Notes: a model not told the origin generated them from the sequence alone. A stretch of 64,000 nt of DNA from Methanobacteriota archaeon (GCA_020697715.1 JAEHCO010000001.1:448001-512000), one strand, 5' to 3'. Numbered from the stretch's first letter, positions 10,585-19,658 are shown. Numbers and translations are program-made.

Positions 10585-10786
10585 TGTGACAGTTGTATAT
10601 ACAGGCGTATTTACATATATACATATTTTAATAAATTATATTACAATAAGATAGATAATAGATATCATATATTATGTATAATCATATAATTGTATAATTT
10701 TGTATATCTTGATCTTCTTGATCTAAAAATGCAAATTCGACAAAACATAGTAAGGCATATTAATATTCACTTGCATATCCCAAAAG

Positions 10787-11089
10787 ATGCGGGTGATGAA
10801 GAAGAAGATTTGGATCCATAAGAACGAGGTGATAGAGAGCCTCGTCATAGCGGAAGGCTCCAAGATCAAATTTTATTCACACACTTACCTTGTGAGAGAG
10901 CGCTCTCGAGGATGGAGGCCCTATGTGAAGTGGGATAATTGGGAGGGGCAACCACATGTGGATAAATTCGATGCGAATGAAACCCTGATCGAACAAAAGC
11001 CTTGCAATGAGAAAGGCCTGGAAGAGGTGATCAAGCTTGTCAAGATCTTCAGAAGGAACTTGATAACCATGGACCTTTCCCAGCTATAG
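10787..11089 (+). CDS. Small DUF6516/TumE-like putative toxin
   Basis: 100 aa with VKWDNWEGQPHVD, resembling the R-Y-D-N...H motif; lies directly upstream of an HVO_A0114-type HTH gene. Confidence 0.55.
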   Translation: MRVMKKKIWIHKNEVIESLVIAEGSKIKFYSHTYLVRERSRGWRPYVKWDNWEGQPHVDKFDANETLIEQKPCNEKGLEEVIKLVKIFRRNLITMDLSQL

Positions 11090-11104
11090 TGAAGGAATCA
11101 TCAT

Positions 11105-11536
11105 ATGTACGTGAACATCAAGAAGATCAAGGATCCCGAAATAGTGATCGAGGAATTCCAGGATCAGTATGGTACGATAAACTCCCTATCTCAAAGGGTG
11201 TCGATATCCAAATGCACCACGAAGAACGAGATGGAAGACCTGATGGTGTGGAAGTACCTCAAATCAGGGGCTGTGTTCGAGGAAGAGATCGTCCTTCACA
11301 ATTCCGATATATTCGACGTCCTCACCCCGAAAAGGATGGAATTGGTGGATTATTTGACAAAGAACAAGGCGTCCTCTATACGGAAACTCTCTGAAGCCGT
11401 GCATCGTAATTACAAGAACACTTACGATGATCTCCTCGCCCTTGAGAAGATGGGCCTTGTGGAATTCAAACGCTCGGGGAAGAGCAGGATCCCGATATCT
11501 TTCGTCATCCGTGTGGAGACTGTTTTCGAACATTGA
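11105..11536 (+). CDS. HVO_A0114/COG4190-type winged-HTH regulator (putative antitoxin)
   Basis: VLTPKRMELVDYL...SIRKLSEAVHRNYKNTYDDLLALEKMGLVEF...SRIP family signature. Confidence 0.8.
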   Translation: MYVNIKKIKDPEIVIEEFQDQYGTINSLSQRVSISKCTTKNEMEDLMVWKYLKSGAVFEEEIVLHNSDIFDVLTPKRMELVDYLTKNKASSIRKLSEAVHRNYKNTYDDLLALEKMGLVEFKRSGKSRIPISFVIRVETVFEH

Positions 11537-11754
11537 TGTTACATCGATGTTAGATATGTTCATTTCATTTACTTCTTATACCATAATACACTAATTATTT
11601 ATACTGGCTAAGCTCATTCACTTCTCACACCATAATAAATTCCATACGAAATATATATATGGGGGAATATCATTAACTATAATATCGAACCAATGGATAA
11701 ATCGCACTTAGTTTGACTAAAAAAGAGATATAAAATTACCAAGAGGATGAAAGA

Positions 11755-12276
11755 ATGAAGGCACAGAAATACGAAGACGTGGAATTCATCATTGATCAAA
11801 AAACAGATAATTTCAAAGCAAACCTTATCTGGAAAAAGGGAGGTCTCTACCTCTCTCTCTCGGGTTTGTTCTTGACCGATGGAACCACGTGGTACGAATT
11901 GCCAGTCAAGGATCTTGATAATATTTCCATCATAAGGGAAGAACCTCTGAAGTTGAAATTCAAAATCCCATCTTTCGATGTCACCATCTCGGGCGATCAC
12001 GCTGAGAGACTTCTCGCTCTGAGGCATTTCCTTCTGCCTTACATATCTGGCAGAATTCATGGTAGTGAGATGAAAGCCCTTCTGAAACTATGGGCCATCG
12101 GAGTGCGTGAACCCACCATTCTTAAGAAATTACTTGGTGTTGATGAAGAAAAGGTATTGGAACTTATAGCAAAAGCAAGGAAAGACAATATACTACATCA
12201 GAACGGTGATATTGGACCCAATGGGAACAATATGCTTACGGATGATGAAAGGGAGTTTCTAGGCCTGGAGGACTGA
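11755..12276 (+). CDS. Hypothetical protein, CheF-like (PH-like domain + C-terminal wHTH)
   Basis: WKKGGLYLS...ELPVKDLDNI beta-rich region, a helix, then LWAIGV...LLGVDEEKVLELI wHTH-like tail; first gene of operon. Confidence 0.55.
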   Translation: MKAQKYEDVEFIIDQKTDNFKANLIWKKGGLYLSLSGLFLTDGTTWYELPVKDLDNISIIREEPLKLKFKIPSFDVTISGDHAERLLALRHFLLPYISGRIHGSEMKALLKLWAIGVREPTILKKLLGVDEEKVLELIAKARKDNILHQNGDIGPNGNNMLTDDEREFLGLED

Positions 12277-12277
12277 A

Positions 12278-13165
12278 ATGGAAGATGCTAATGATTTCGG
12301 GAGCTTCGCCGAGGCTATCAACACATTGGGAACCCTGAATAAATTGGAATCCGCCATAACGAGCGCTATCAACTCATCCAAAGTTCCTCCAAAGGAGATC
12401 AGGAAATTTATGAAATGCTCTTCCGTGGAAGAGGCCAGCAACACACCTTTATTCCAGTTCATGGAGATACTCTTCAAAAAAATAGGATTGGGAACCCTCA
12501 AACTTTCCCAGAATGATATTTTCAATTACGTGTTCACAGTACCGGATTCCACAGTAAGTCGCCTTTACTCGAATGTGAAGAATAAGAAGGTGTGTTACAC
12601 CCTGTCTGAAGCTCTTCAACAATTCTTTGAAAAGGATCTCGGGATCCCTGGTAATGTTGAGGAGATAAAATGCGTCAATCATGGTAGCGATGTCTGTGAA
12701 TTCTCGGTCACCATGCAGCCATTGGCGGTCTACCATCACGTGCTCGACACTGATGATCGGGACATAATAGGACATCTGATCGAGTCCCAGAACACTCGAT
12801 CTCTTGCAGACGATATAGGTCTGCATGAGGAAGAACTGAAGTTCAGGATAGAATCATTGAGAAGGTATCACATATTGAATGATGAGAACGAAGTGACCGA
12901 GATAGGCGAGACCTATTTCAAATACGGCAGAAAATCCACAGACATTGAAGAGGACTTCCCGCCGCCATGGAAAGATATGGCGGAGATAAGCATGGCCATA
13001 TCCGCATCCACATCTTTCGCCGAGGCTTTCCTGGAGACGAACAGGAAAGAGCCAGTGGTGGAAGATGTGAAGGATGATGCCATAGTGAACCTCACCGAGG
13101 AGGCTGAAAAGAGTACCAGCTTTGCAGAATTACTATCAAAATCAATCAAGAAAGAGGAAAACTAG
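12278..13165 (+). CDS. V4R-domain protein with wHTH and acidic tail
   Basis: GLGTL...CYTL...VEEIKCVNHGSDVCEFSV V4R signature; followed by SLADDIGL...LRRYHIL...VTEIG wHTH. Confidence 0.85.
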   Translation: MEDANDFGSFAEAINTLGTLNKLESAITSAINSSKVPPKEIRKFMKCSSVEEASNTPLFQFMEILFKKIGLGTLKLSQNDIFNYVFTVPDSTVSRLYSNVKNKKVCYTLSEALQQFFEKDLGIPGNVEEIKCVNHGSDVCEFSVTMQPLAVYHHVLDTDDRDIIGHLIESQNTRSLADDIGLHEEELKFRIESLRRYHILNDENEVTEIGETYFKYGRKSTDIEEDFPPPWKDMAEISMAISASTSFAEAFLETNRKEPVVEDVKDDAIVNLTEEAEKSTSFAELLSKSIKKEEN

Positions 13166-13170
13166 GAGGG

Positions 13171-14055
13171 TTGAGAATGAGCGAAAGAATAAAGACAGGA
13201 ATATTTGGGCTTGACCAGCTGATGGAGGGCGGTATGAGAGACAATACCGCTGTCGTCATAGTCGGTTCAAGCGGTACTGGAAAAACGACTTTTGCTATCC
13301 AGTTCTTGATGCACGGCATTGAGAATGGGGAGCAGGGTCTTTATGTGACGATGGAGGAATCTCCAGAGCAGATAATGAAGGAAGCTGAAATGATGGGTTG
13401 GAACATGAAAGAGCACTATGAAAAGTCTCTTTTCTTCATCCATCTGAAAGGTCAGAACTTCAAGAAGATGATAGAGGAAAAATTACCTCAGCTGGTCAAG
13501 GCCAGAAGTGATTATGACATCAGAACAAGAGTTGTCATAGATCCAATGACCCCGGTTATCTGGGCGACAGAGGATAAGCTTCTGCAAAGGGAATTGATAG
13601 GTAAACTCTTCTACACCTTGAAAGAGCTTGGTGTGGTCATGGCCACGGTGGAGGAGCATTCCAGCCCCGGAGAGATGATCGGCGAGGATGTTCTACTGCC
13701 AGTATATCTTTCCGATGGTGCGATCAATCTGGAATATTATCCTATCGGTGGAGCTTTCAACAGGACCTTGAAGATAGTTAAAATGAGAGGAACCCACCAT
13801 GGGGAAGGTGTATATCCATACATTTTCGCCAGGGGCGCGGGTGCTATTGTCAGATCATCTCCGACCGAAAGCACAAGGGCTGACGACGGTATGAGCTATG
13901 ACGAGGTATTCGACGAGGCTATAAAAACAGCCGAATTCATAAAAGCTCCAGCATATGTGATGGAGAAATTGAAGACGATGAAAGCCAACTGGACATATGA
14001 CTACTCTCCTGAAGAGATATTGCAGGTGGTATTCGACTCATATGACCTGAAATAG
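13171..14055 (+). CDS. KaiC/RAD55-family ATPase (single domain) with C-terminal extension
   Basis: IKTGIFGLD, Walker A GSSGTGKT, YVTMEES, VVIDP, LKIVKMRGTHH; GGAGG SD, likely ATG 13177. Confidence 0.93.
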   Translation: MRMSERIKTGIFGLDQLMEGGMRDNTAVVIVGSSGTGKTTFAIQFLMHGIENGEQGLYVTMEESPEQIMKEAEMMGWNMKEHYEKSLFFIHLKGQNFKKMIEEKLPQLVKARSDYDIRTRVVIDPMTPVIWATEDKLLQRELIGKLFYTLKELGVVMATVEEHSSPGEMIGEDVLLPVYLSDGAINLEYYPIGGAFNRTLKIVKMRGTHHGEGVYPYIFARGAGAIVRSSPTESTRADDGMSYDEVFDEAIKTAEFIKAPAYVMEKLKTMKANWTYDYSPEEILQVVFDSYDLK

Positions 14056-14079
14056 ATCCAATAAAATCAAGGTGATCAT

Positions 14080-14871
14080 ATGGTTGACCAAAAGAATATC
14101 GATAAGAGGATGGAAGCCAAGAACGTGGTACAGCTGAAGCACATGCTGGTCATGGAGCTTAACCAGGTCAAGGAAGAGAACAATATCGATATAGTCATGT
14201 TCATGGGAGTTGATGGAAGAGTATTCTCATCCATAATCCCACCGATCTTGGATGCACCTCAATTCAAGCTTCTCAACCTTGTAAAATCAAATATGGTTCA
14301 TATATGCCGTCAATTAGATGCGGAGAATATGAAATCCAGTATTCAGGAATACAGCTTTGGAACAGTCATAATAACAGGTGTGGGAGATAATGCATTTCTG
14401 GCATCTTTATTCGTGAACCCGCCAGCCAGTGATGAATTGGGCAAGGTCACGAGCAATCTCGTCAGAGGTAGCAGGGTGATGAACCATCTCTTCCAGTTAA
14501 AACCAATCTCGGATGAATATATGGAAGGCTATGACCAAGATGTGATGGACGAGCTCACAGGCCTTACGAGACGTCTGTTCGTGGAGAAATTTGATGAGAC
14601 CAGGGGATACAAGCGAAATATGGAGATCCTCGAATATCTCAAAAAGAAGATCGGAAGTGTGGTGGGTATAGGTGCCGTTGATGAAGTAATAACCCTGACA
14701 ATGAATGAACTTGGTGCCAGAGCGGCTTATATGAAAAATCAGCAATGGGTGACCTTTACCGAGATGGCTATAAACAACCACATTCGAAAATCTGCAGGAG
14801 ATATCGTGGCAGATGAATGCTTGAAAACCTGGATAGAGGAAGTTGAAAGAAAATTGAAGTCCTTCGTTTGA
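14080..14871 (+). CDS. Roadblock/LC7-domain protein with C-terminal helical domain
   Basis: IDIVMFMGVDGRVFSS...IQEYSFGTVIITGVGDNAFLASL Roadblock pattern; GGTGA SD. Confidence 0.75.
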   Translation: MVDQKNIDKRMEAKNVVQLKHMLVMELNQVKEENNIDIVMFMGVDGRVFSSIIPPILDAPQFKLLNLVKSNMVHICRQLDAENMKSSIQEYSFGTVIITGVGDNAFLASLFVNPPASDELGKVTSNLVRGSRVMNHLFQLKPISDEYMEGYDQDVMDELTGLTRRLFVEKFDETRGYKRNMEILEYLKKKIGSVVGIGAVDEVITLTMNELGARAAYMKNQQWVTFTEMAINNHIRKSAGDIVADECLKTWIEEVERKLKSFV

Positions 14872-14883
14872 TAAGGTGTAGGG

Positions 14884-17643
14884 ATGGCCGAAAAAACCAA
14901 AGGAAAGGGAAAGAAGAAGTCAAAGGGTCCAAAGGAACAACCCTCCGAGACCAAGACATCGACCCAGTCCTCGACTAAGAAATCTAAACCTGCCAAGAAG
15001 ACAGCCAAATACGAATGTGGTTTTTGCGGTAAACTTGTCAACAATGCTCATAATCTAAAGGTACATGAACATCATTGTAAATCAAAAATAGAAGAGCGGG
15101 AAAAGAAAGACAATAACAGGGAGATCGAATCCGCGGTAAGAAAGTTAAAGGATGAATTCGAGGATCAAAGGGATCTATTTCAGAAAGAGGCCACGGATAG
15201 AGAGGACCAGCTTAGGCAGGAACTGGAAGAATTAAAGGATATTTTAAGACTGGAGATCAGACGCACACACCATGATAGTCCTCAAGGCCACAAGGCGACA
15301 TCACCAGAACTTCAGGATGAAGAGATCCCTGATGTCACTGCCCCTGTCGCTCCTGATAATATTATTCCAGAAAAGCCTGAATCAATAAGTGAGATAGTGG
15401 AATCCAGTGCTGAAGAGAAGGTTATCGAACCGGCTCCCATAGTTCAGGTAGTAACACCTCCTATGGCGCAAGCAGAGGCTCCCCCTCCTCAACCCCAACC
15501 CATGCCTGAAGAACCTATTGTGCCAGTGCAGGAGCTTGCAAAAACCACTCCCCTACCAGAAACCGTCCCCCCGTCCCCCCAAATTCCTTCTGAAAATGTA
15601 GCTCCGATGGACCCCGATAAAGAAGATATGGGAGTATCCAGACAAATGGTATTGGATCTGATAAAGGAGGAGATCGGAACTATGAGTTCGACATCTACTT
15701 CAGCAACCCCAATATCGGATAATTTAGATGATAGGCTGGGGGACATGGAGAATAAGATACGATCACTATCTTCGAGCGTTGATCAGATGGCGCGTGATAT
15801 AAAAACAGCAGATAGTAATACATCCATGGCTCTAGATGATAAACTATCCGAACTCGATCCAAAAAGATTTGATAGGGAGATAGAAAAAATATCCGACAGG
15901 GTCTTCGATATAATGGACGAGATCGGATATGGTGAGAGTTTGAATGTCGCCAAGATCCCACCGAACATACTGGAGATCGTCTACATGGCGACACTGGCAG
16001 ATATTGTGAAAGAGATGAACAAAGCTCTTGGAGATCAGGAAGCGGAGAACAAGATCAATAAGGCTTTGGAAGATGTCAGGCTCAGGACCAGTGGTAGCGA
16101 GCTCTTCAGGTTCGATGGAAGAAGAGTGGTGACCGAGAACCTTGCCAGATCAATAGAGACCAATATGATATCGGCCAAGCAGATCCAGACCACTTACACG
16201 GAGCTTCTGAAGAAACTTCTGGAGACAATTCCAGGATACAAAGCAAAGAATTTCCAAGCGATGATCAAGATAAAAAGTCAGGAATATGCTGTGGACAAGG
16301 CCACTGTTCTGAGTGAAAGTGTATCCAAGCTTGAAAGCAATATGAACAATATGGGTCAGATGATAGCAGCCTTTTCTTCCCAGCTAAGTGCGAGGGCACT
16401 TCAATTGGAAGGAGATATCAAGCAAAATAAGGAAGATATAGATGGTAAAAGCGATAAGACTGACATCGAAAATCTCCTGTCCAATATGATGGAGCGGGCT
16501 GAAGCAGATAGGTCCATGAGATCAAATCTAGAAGCATTGAAGGAAGAGCTCGATGCTATCAAGGAACTATCTAGGGATCTATCACAAAAACTTGAAGATT
16601 ATATTAGCTCCGGCTCAAAAAAGCCGGTCAAAAAACCTAAGGGTGAAAAAGCTCAAGATGAGGCAATAAAAGAACCCGAGATCGAAGAGAAGACCTCGGA
16701 AGAACGAACTCCTGAATCTGAAGCCCCAGAGCTTGAAAAGCCAGCTCCTGAAAAAGAGGCCAAGATGGACAAGAAGAAGACAACCAGGGATGAAATTATT
16801 GAAGCCGTGTCCGAGGGTTCTACCAGTAAAACAGCAATAAAGAAAAAATTGAAAATAACTGACAGTATTTTGAATAAAGAATTGGCGGCTCTTGTCAAGG
16901 AAAAGAAGATCCTGAAGAAAGGAACGAAGAACAGGCCTTCCTATGCCATGCCAGAGCTATCTGAGGATGTCAAGAAAGCTCCAAAAGAAATAACAAAGGA
17001 TAAATCTGAAAAACCCGCATCAAAGAAGAAAGTGGCGGGTGCTAAAGAAGAGCCAAGCAAGAAAGATGAAGAAAAACCAGCGGATAAAAAGAAATCATCT
17101 GCCAAGAAAAAAGAGAAGCTGGAGCAGAAGGAAGAAAGATCTCCAGTAAGATCAAATGATGGAGCAAGTGATAAATCGAAAAAGAAGGAAGAAGCTGGAT
17201 CCAAGGCTGTGGCAAAGAAGAAGGATAAAGAAAAGCCAGTGGACGATGCAGAGATCGACGCAACTCCTACCAAACCAGCTGAGAAACCTAAAGCCAAAGC
17301 CAAAGCCGCTGTGGAAACAACAGAGGCTACGGAGGAGAAAGATACCCCATCACCCGAAAAAGTGGAGGAGGATCTCCCCCCATCCAAGACCCTGGAGGAC
17401 CTGGATGACGCGGAGAAGAAGGTCCTTAGTGCGATCTCCAGCTCCGGGATCACATTGCCCAATCTTAAAAAAGCTGTTGCCAAGGATGTGAAATACACGG
17501 TCGTTCTGAGAGCTTTACGTGTATTATTGGATTCTGAATTCGTGGAAGCCGTTACCCAAGGTCGGCATACCGTATATCAAAAGATCAATGTCAAAAAAAT
17601 GGATAAAACTGGAAAGAAGAAAGATAAACAGGAGGTGAAGTAA
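14884..17643 (+). CDS. Multidomain scaffold: C2H2-type Zn finger, coiled coils, Pro-rich and Lys/Glu-rich regions, two wHTH domains
   Basis: YECGFCGKLVNNAHNLKVHEHHC; heptad-rich segments; central GYGESLNVAKIPPNILEIVY domain; wHTH-like segments near 16780-16950 and 17400-17580. Confidence 0.75.
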   Translation: MAEKTKGKGKKKSKGPKEQPSETKTSTQSSTKKSKPAKKTAKYECGFCGKLVNNAHNLKVHEHHCKSKIEEREKKDNNREIESAVRKLKDEFEDQRDLFQKEATDREDQLRQELEELKDILRLEIRRTHHDSPQGHKATSPELQDEEIPDVTAPVAPDNIIPEKPESISEIVESSAEEKVIEPAPIVQVVTPPMAQAEAPPPQPQPMPEEPIVPVQELAKTTPLPETVPPSPQIPSENVAPMDPDKEDMGVSRQMVLDLIKEEIGTMSSTSTSATPISDNLDDRLGDMENKIRSLSSSVDQMARDIKTADSNTSMALDDKLSELDPKRFDREIEKISDRVFDIMDEIGYGESLNVAKIPPNILEIVYMATLADIVKEMNKALGDQEAENKINKALEDVRLRTSGSELFRFDGRRVVTENLARSIETNMISAKQIQTTYTELLKKLLETIPGYKAKNFQAMIKIKSQEYAVDKATVLSESVSKLESNMNNMGQMIAAFSSQLSARALQLEGDIKQNKEDIDGKSDKTDIENLLSNMMERAEADRSMRSNLEALKEELDAIKELSRDLSQKLEDYISSGSKKPVKKPKGEKAQDEAIKEPEIEEKTSEERTPESEAPELEKPAPEKEAKMDKKKTTRDEIIEAVSEGSTSKTAIKKKLKITDSILNKELAALVKEKKILKKGTKNRPSYAMPELSEDVKKAPKEITKDKSEKPASKKKVAGAKEEPSKKDEEKPADKKKSSAKKKEKLEQKEERSPVRSNDGASDKSKKKEEAGSKAVAKKKDKEKPVDDAEIDATPTKPAEKPKAKAKAAVETTEATEEKDTPSPEKVEEDLPPSKTLEDLDDAEKKVLSAISSSGITLPNLKKAVAKDVKYTVVLRALRVLLDSEFVEAVTQGRHTVYQKINVKKMDKTGKKKDKQEVK

Positions 17644-17644
17644 T

Positions 17645-18271
17645 TTGTTAGATGTAGCTCTCGTATCTTTAATTCAAGATATGAGCGAAAAAGCTGGTGT
17701 CGAAGGCACCATACAATATTGGGCTAGAGTAGGTGAAAGCTTGGCCAAAAGAATGGGCAAGGAAGCGTACATGGGATGGCCGTCCTTTAATGTGGCTTTG
17801 AGAGAAGGAAGAACAGCATTCTCCATTGAAGGATCTGTCACAGCATTGACCGATCTCGCCATCACGGATGTAGATGGTGATGTCGTTGGATACATATATG
17901 CTCTTGAGACATGTGTTTTCAACCCCACTACCGTGCGTATAAGGTACAGCGTGGGAGAACTGCCAAGGGCGGACAGAGCTGTTGCTGATGAATATAACAA
18001 TAGTGTGAGGGATACAGCAGTCTGTAATTTCTGTGTGATCCATCAGAGGTTCAGGGAAGAGGTTTCCAAGAACATCGCTATTGCGGATCAGCAATTGGAC
18101 TGTATCCAGCTGGCGGCAAGAGGTTTCACAGGAGAGACCAAGATCGCGGATGACTCCATGAAGAAGATTGGCATCAATCCAGAATACGTTCGCAGTCTTT
18201 TGAGGAACTATGCTTGCGTGTATGCCATAATGATGAAAGGCGCTCGTCTGAAAGGCGAGGAGGAAGATTAG
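17645..18271 (+). CDS. V4R/HNOX-like fold protein (paralogue 1)
   Basis: TTG start after GGAGGTGA; YWARVGESLAKRM, ETCVF, FCVIHQRFR; aligns with the next ORF. Confidence 0.7.
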   Translation: MLDVALVSLIQDMSEKAGVEGTIQYWARVGESLAKRMGKEAYMGWPSFNVALREGRTAFSIEGSVTALTDLAITDVDGDVVGYIYALETCVFNPTTVRIRYSVGELPRADRAVADEYNNSVRDTAVCNFCVIHQRFREEVSKNIAIADQQLDCIQLAARGFTGETKIADDSMKKIGINPEYVRSLLRNYACVYAIMMKGARLKGEEED

Positions 18272-18284
18272 GAGGTGTTCGAAG

Positions 18285-18917
18285 ATGTCAAAACTAAAAA
18301 ATGATACTCGAGAGAGAAGAGCATTGATAGATGACAATCCACTGGTCGATGTAGCTGCCTGCCTGTTCCTGGAGGACATAGCGGATAAGCAGGGTGCTAG
18401 CGGTATGAACAATTACCTTGTCAGTCTCGCGACATCATTGGCAAAAAGTATGCCAGTGGAAGAGTACGATACCTGGGATGATTTCCTCGAGGCTTTGGTA
18501 AGTGGTGAATCCATCATATCTGCCTTTGAGGAAGTTGAGACCATCACCCCTAATTGCGCGGTAACCAAGATGTGTCCCTTCACACGAGGATGGCAGGAAT
18601 ACACCAAAAGGATCGGCGAGTTCTCCAAGATACACACGGATGTTGCCGAGTACTATAATTCCGTATACAAACCATGTGTCATCAATTCGATGTGTATCAT
18701 ACACCAGACATTCCGAAATGCAGCTGCAGAAAGGATATTCATTAAAGGCAATCCACTGCGATGCGCCAATATCGCGGCTGTATGGGAAGATGGAACGAGG
18801 AAGATCGCTCCTGATGAATGGTTACCCATACTCCTTGAAAAGGCACAGATAACCAGTACGGATCTCACGATGATACTGCGAAACAATGCAGATGTTTGGG
18901 TGATCTACACAGATTGA
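18285..18917 (+). CDS. V4R/HNOX-like fold protein (paralogue 2)
   Basis: GGAGGTG SD; YLVSLATSLAKSM, KMCPF, MCIIHQTFR; aligns with the previous ORF. Confidence 0.7.
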   Translation: MSKLKNDTRERRALIDDNPLVDVAACLFLEDIADKQGASGMNNYLVSLATSLAKSMPVEEYDTWDDFLEALVSGESIISAFEEVETITPNCAVTKMCPFTRGWQEYTKRIGEFSKIHTDVAEYYNSVYKPCVINSMCIIHQTFRNAAAERIFIKGNPLRCANIAAVWEDGTRKIAPDEWLPILLEKAQITSTDLTMILRNNADVWVIYTD

Positions 18918-18976
18918 GATAGATCGACCTGTGAAGTCTATCAATTCACACCTGCAATCCAAGTTTGACATTATGT

Positions 18977-19606
18977 ATGTCAAACTTGGCCATATTTAAT
19001 GGAAGTGAGAGCCTGCAATTACTCGGAAGAAGCGCAGATATAGAATACTTGAAAATAGAGGATGCTTCAGAGATAGATAGGTTTCACATTGTGGGTGTGG
19101 AGGAAGGAGACCTTGCAGGAGGAGGCTTTGAATTCTTCCGGGGTCTGGGGATCATCGGTTACAGAAATACTTTCAAGATGTGGCTGAGGAAGTTTCCTAG
19201 GCCGATATTCATCGCGGCAGTTAAAAATAGAAATATAGTGTCCTGGGTCTTCATTGAGGAATGGGATGACACTGCCAGGGATGGATCATCAGTATGGGTT
19301 CTCAGGGCTATCGAGACCATCGTCCCACTAAGAAAGAATAAAGTGGGCCACAGGATGTTGATGCTGGGTGCCAAACACAGCGTGGGATATCTTATCACGA
19401 AGCCTCTCACACCCGAAGCTTCGAGATTTTTCAATAGAGCGGGATTCATGGGAGTTACGGAATTTAGAAAGGTTCCCATAGATCTTTCTCGCAATCCTGG
19501 TTATGTCATCCTGCCACCTTTCCAGAAGAACAAATTGATAGATGGCATTGAGAGATATTTCTCACCTCATAAGATGGGTGAGGATGAGGTAAAAGATATT
19601 TTGTAA
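18977..19606 (+). CDS. GNAT-family acetyltransferase
   Basis: FIAAVKNRNIVSWVFI...VLRAIETIVPLRKNKVGHRML...ASRFFNRAGF; ATG 18977 (TTG 18965 possible). Confidence 0.75.
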   Translation: MSNLAIFNGSESLQLLGRSADIEYLKIEDASEIDRFHIVGVEEGDLAGGGFEFFRGLGIIGYRNTFKMWLRKFPRPIFIAAVKNRNIVSWVFIEEWDDTARDGSSVWVLRAIETIVPLRKNKVGHRMLMLGAKHSVGYLITKPLTPEASRFFNRAGFMGVTEFRKVPIDLSRNPGYVILPPFQKNKLIDGIERYFSPHKMGEDEVKDIL

Positions 19607-19658
19607 ATATATACCACAAATACTAAAACGATGATAAATAAATTGATAATTACTTGAT

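Noticed and set aside
11089-11394. Alternative 101-aa ORF
   Set aside because: Overlaps the well-supported HTH gene in another frame
13171-14055. Circadian clock KaiC
   Set aside because: Single ATPase domain, no ST phosphosite pair, no kaiA/kaiB
17669-18412. 247-aa antisense ORF, and similar antisense ORFs over the TPR, polC and other genes
   Set aside because: Shadows of sense genes that have SD sites and recognisable motifs
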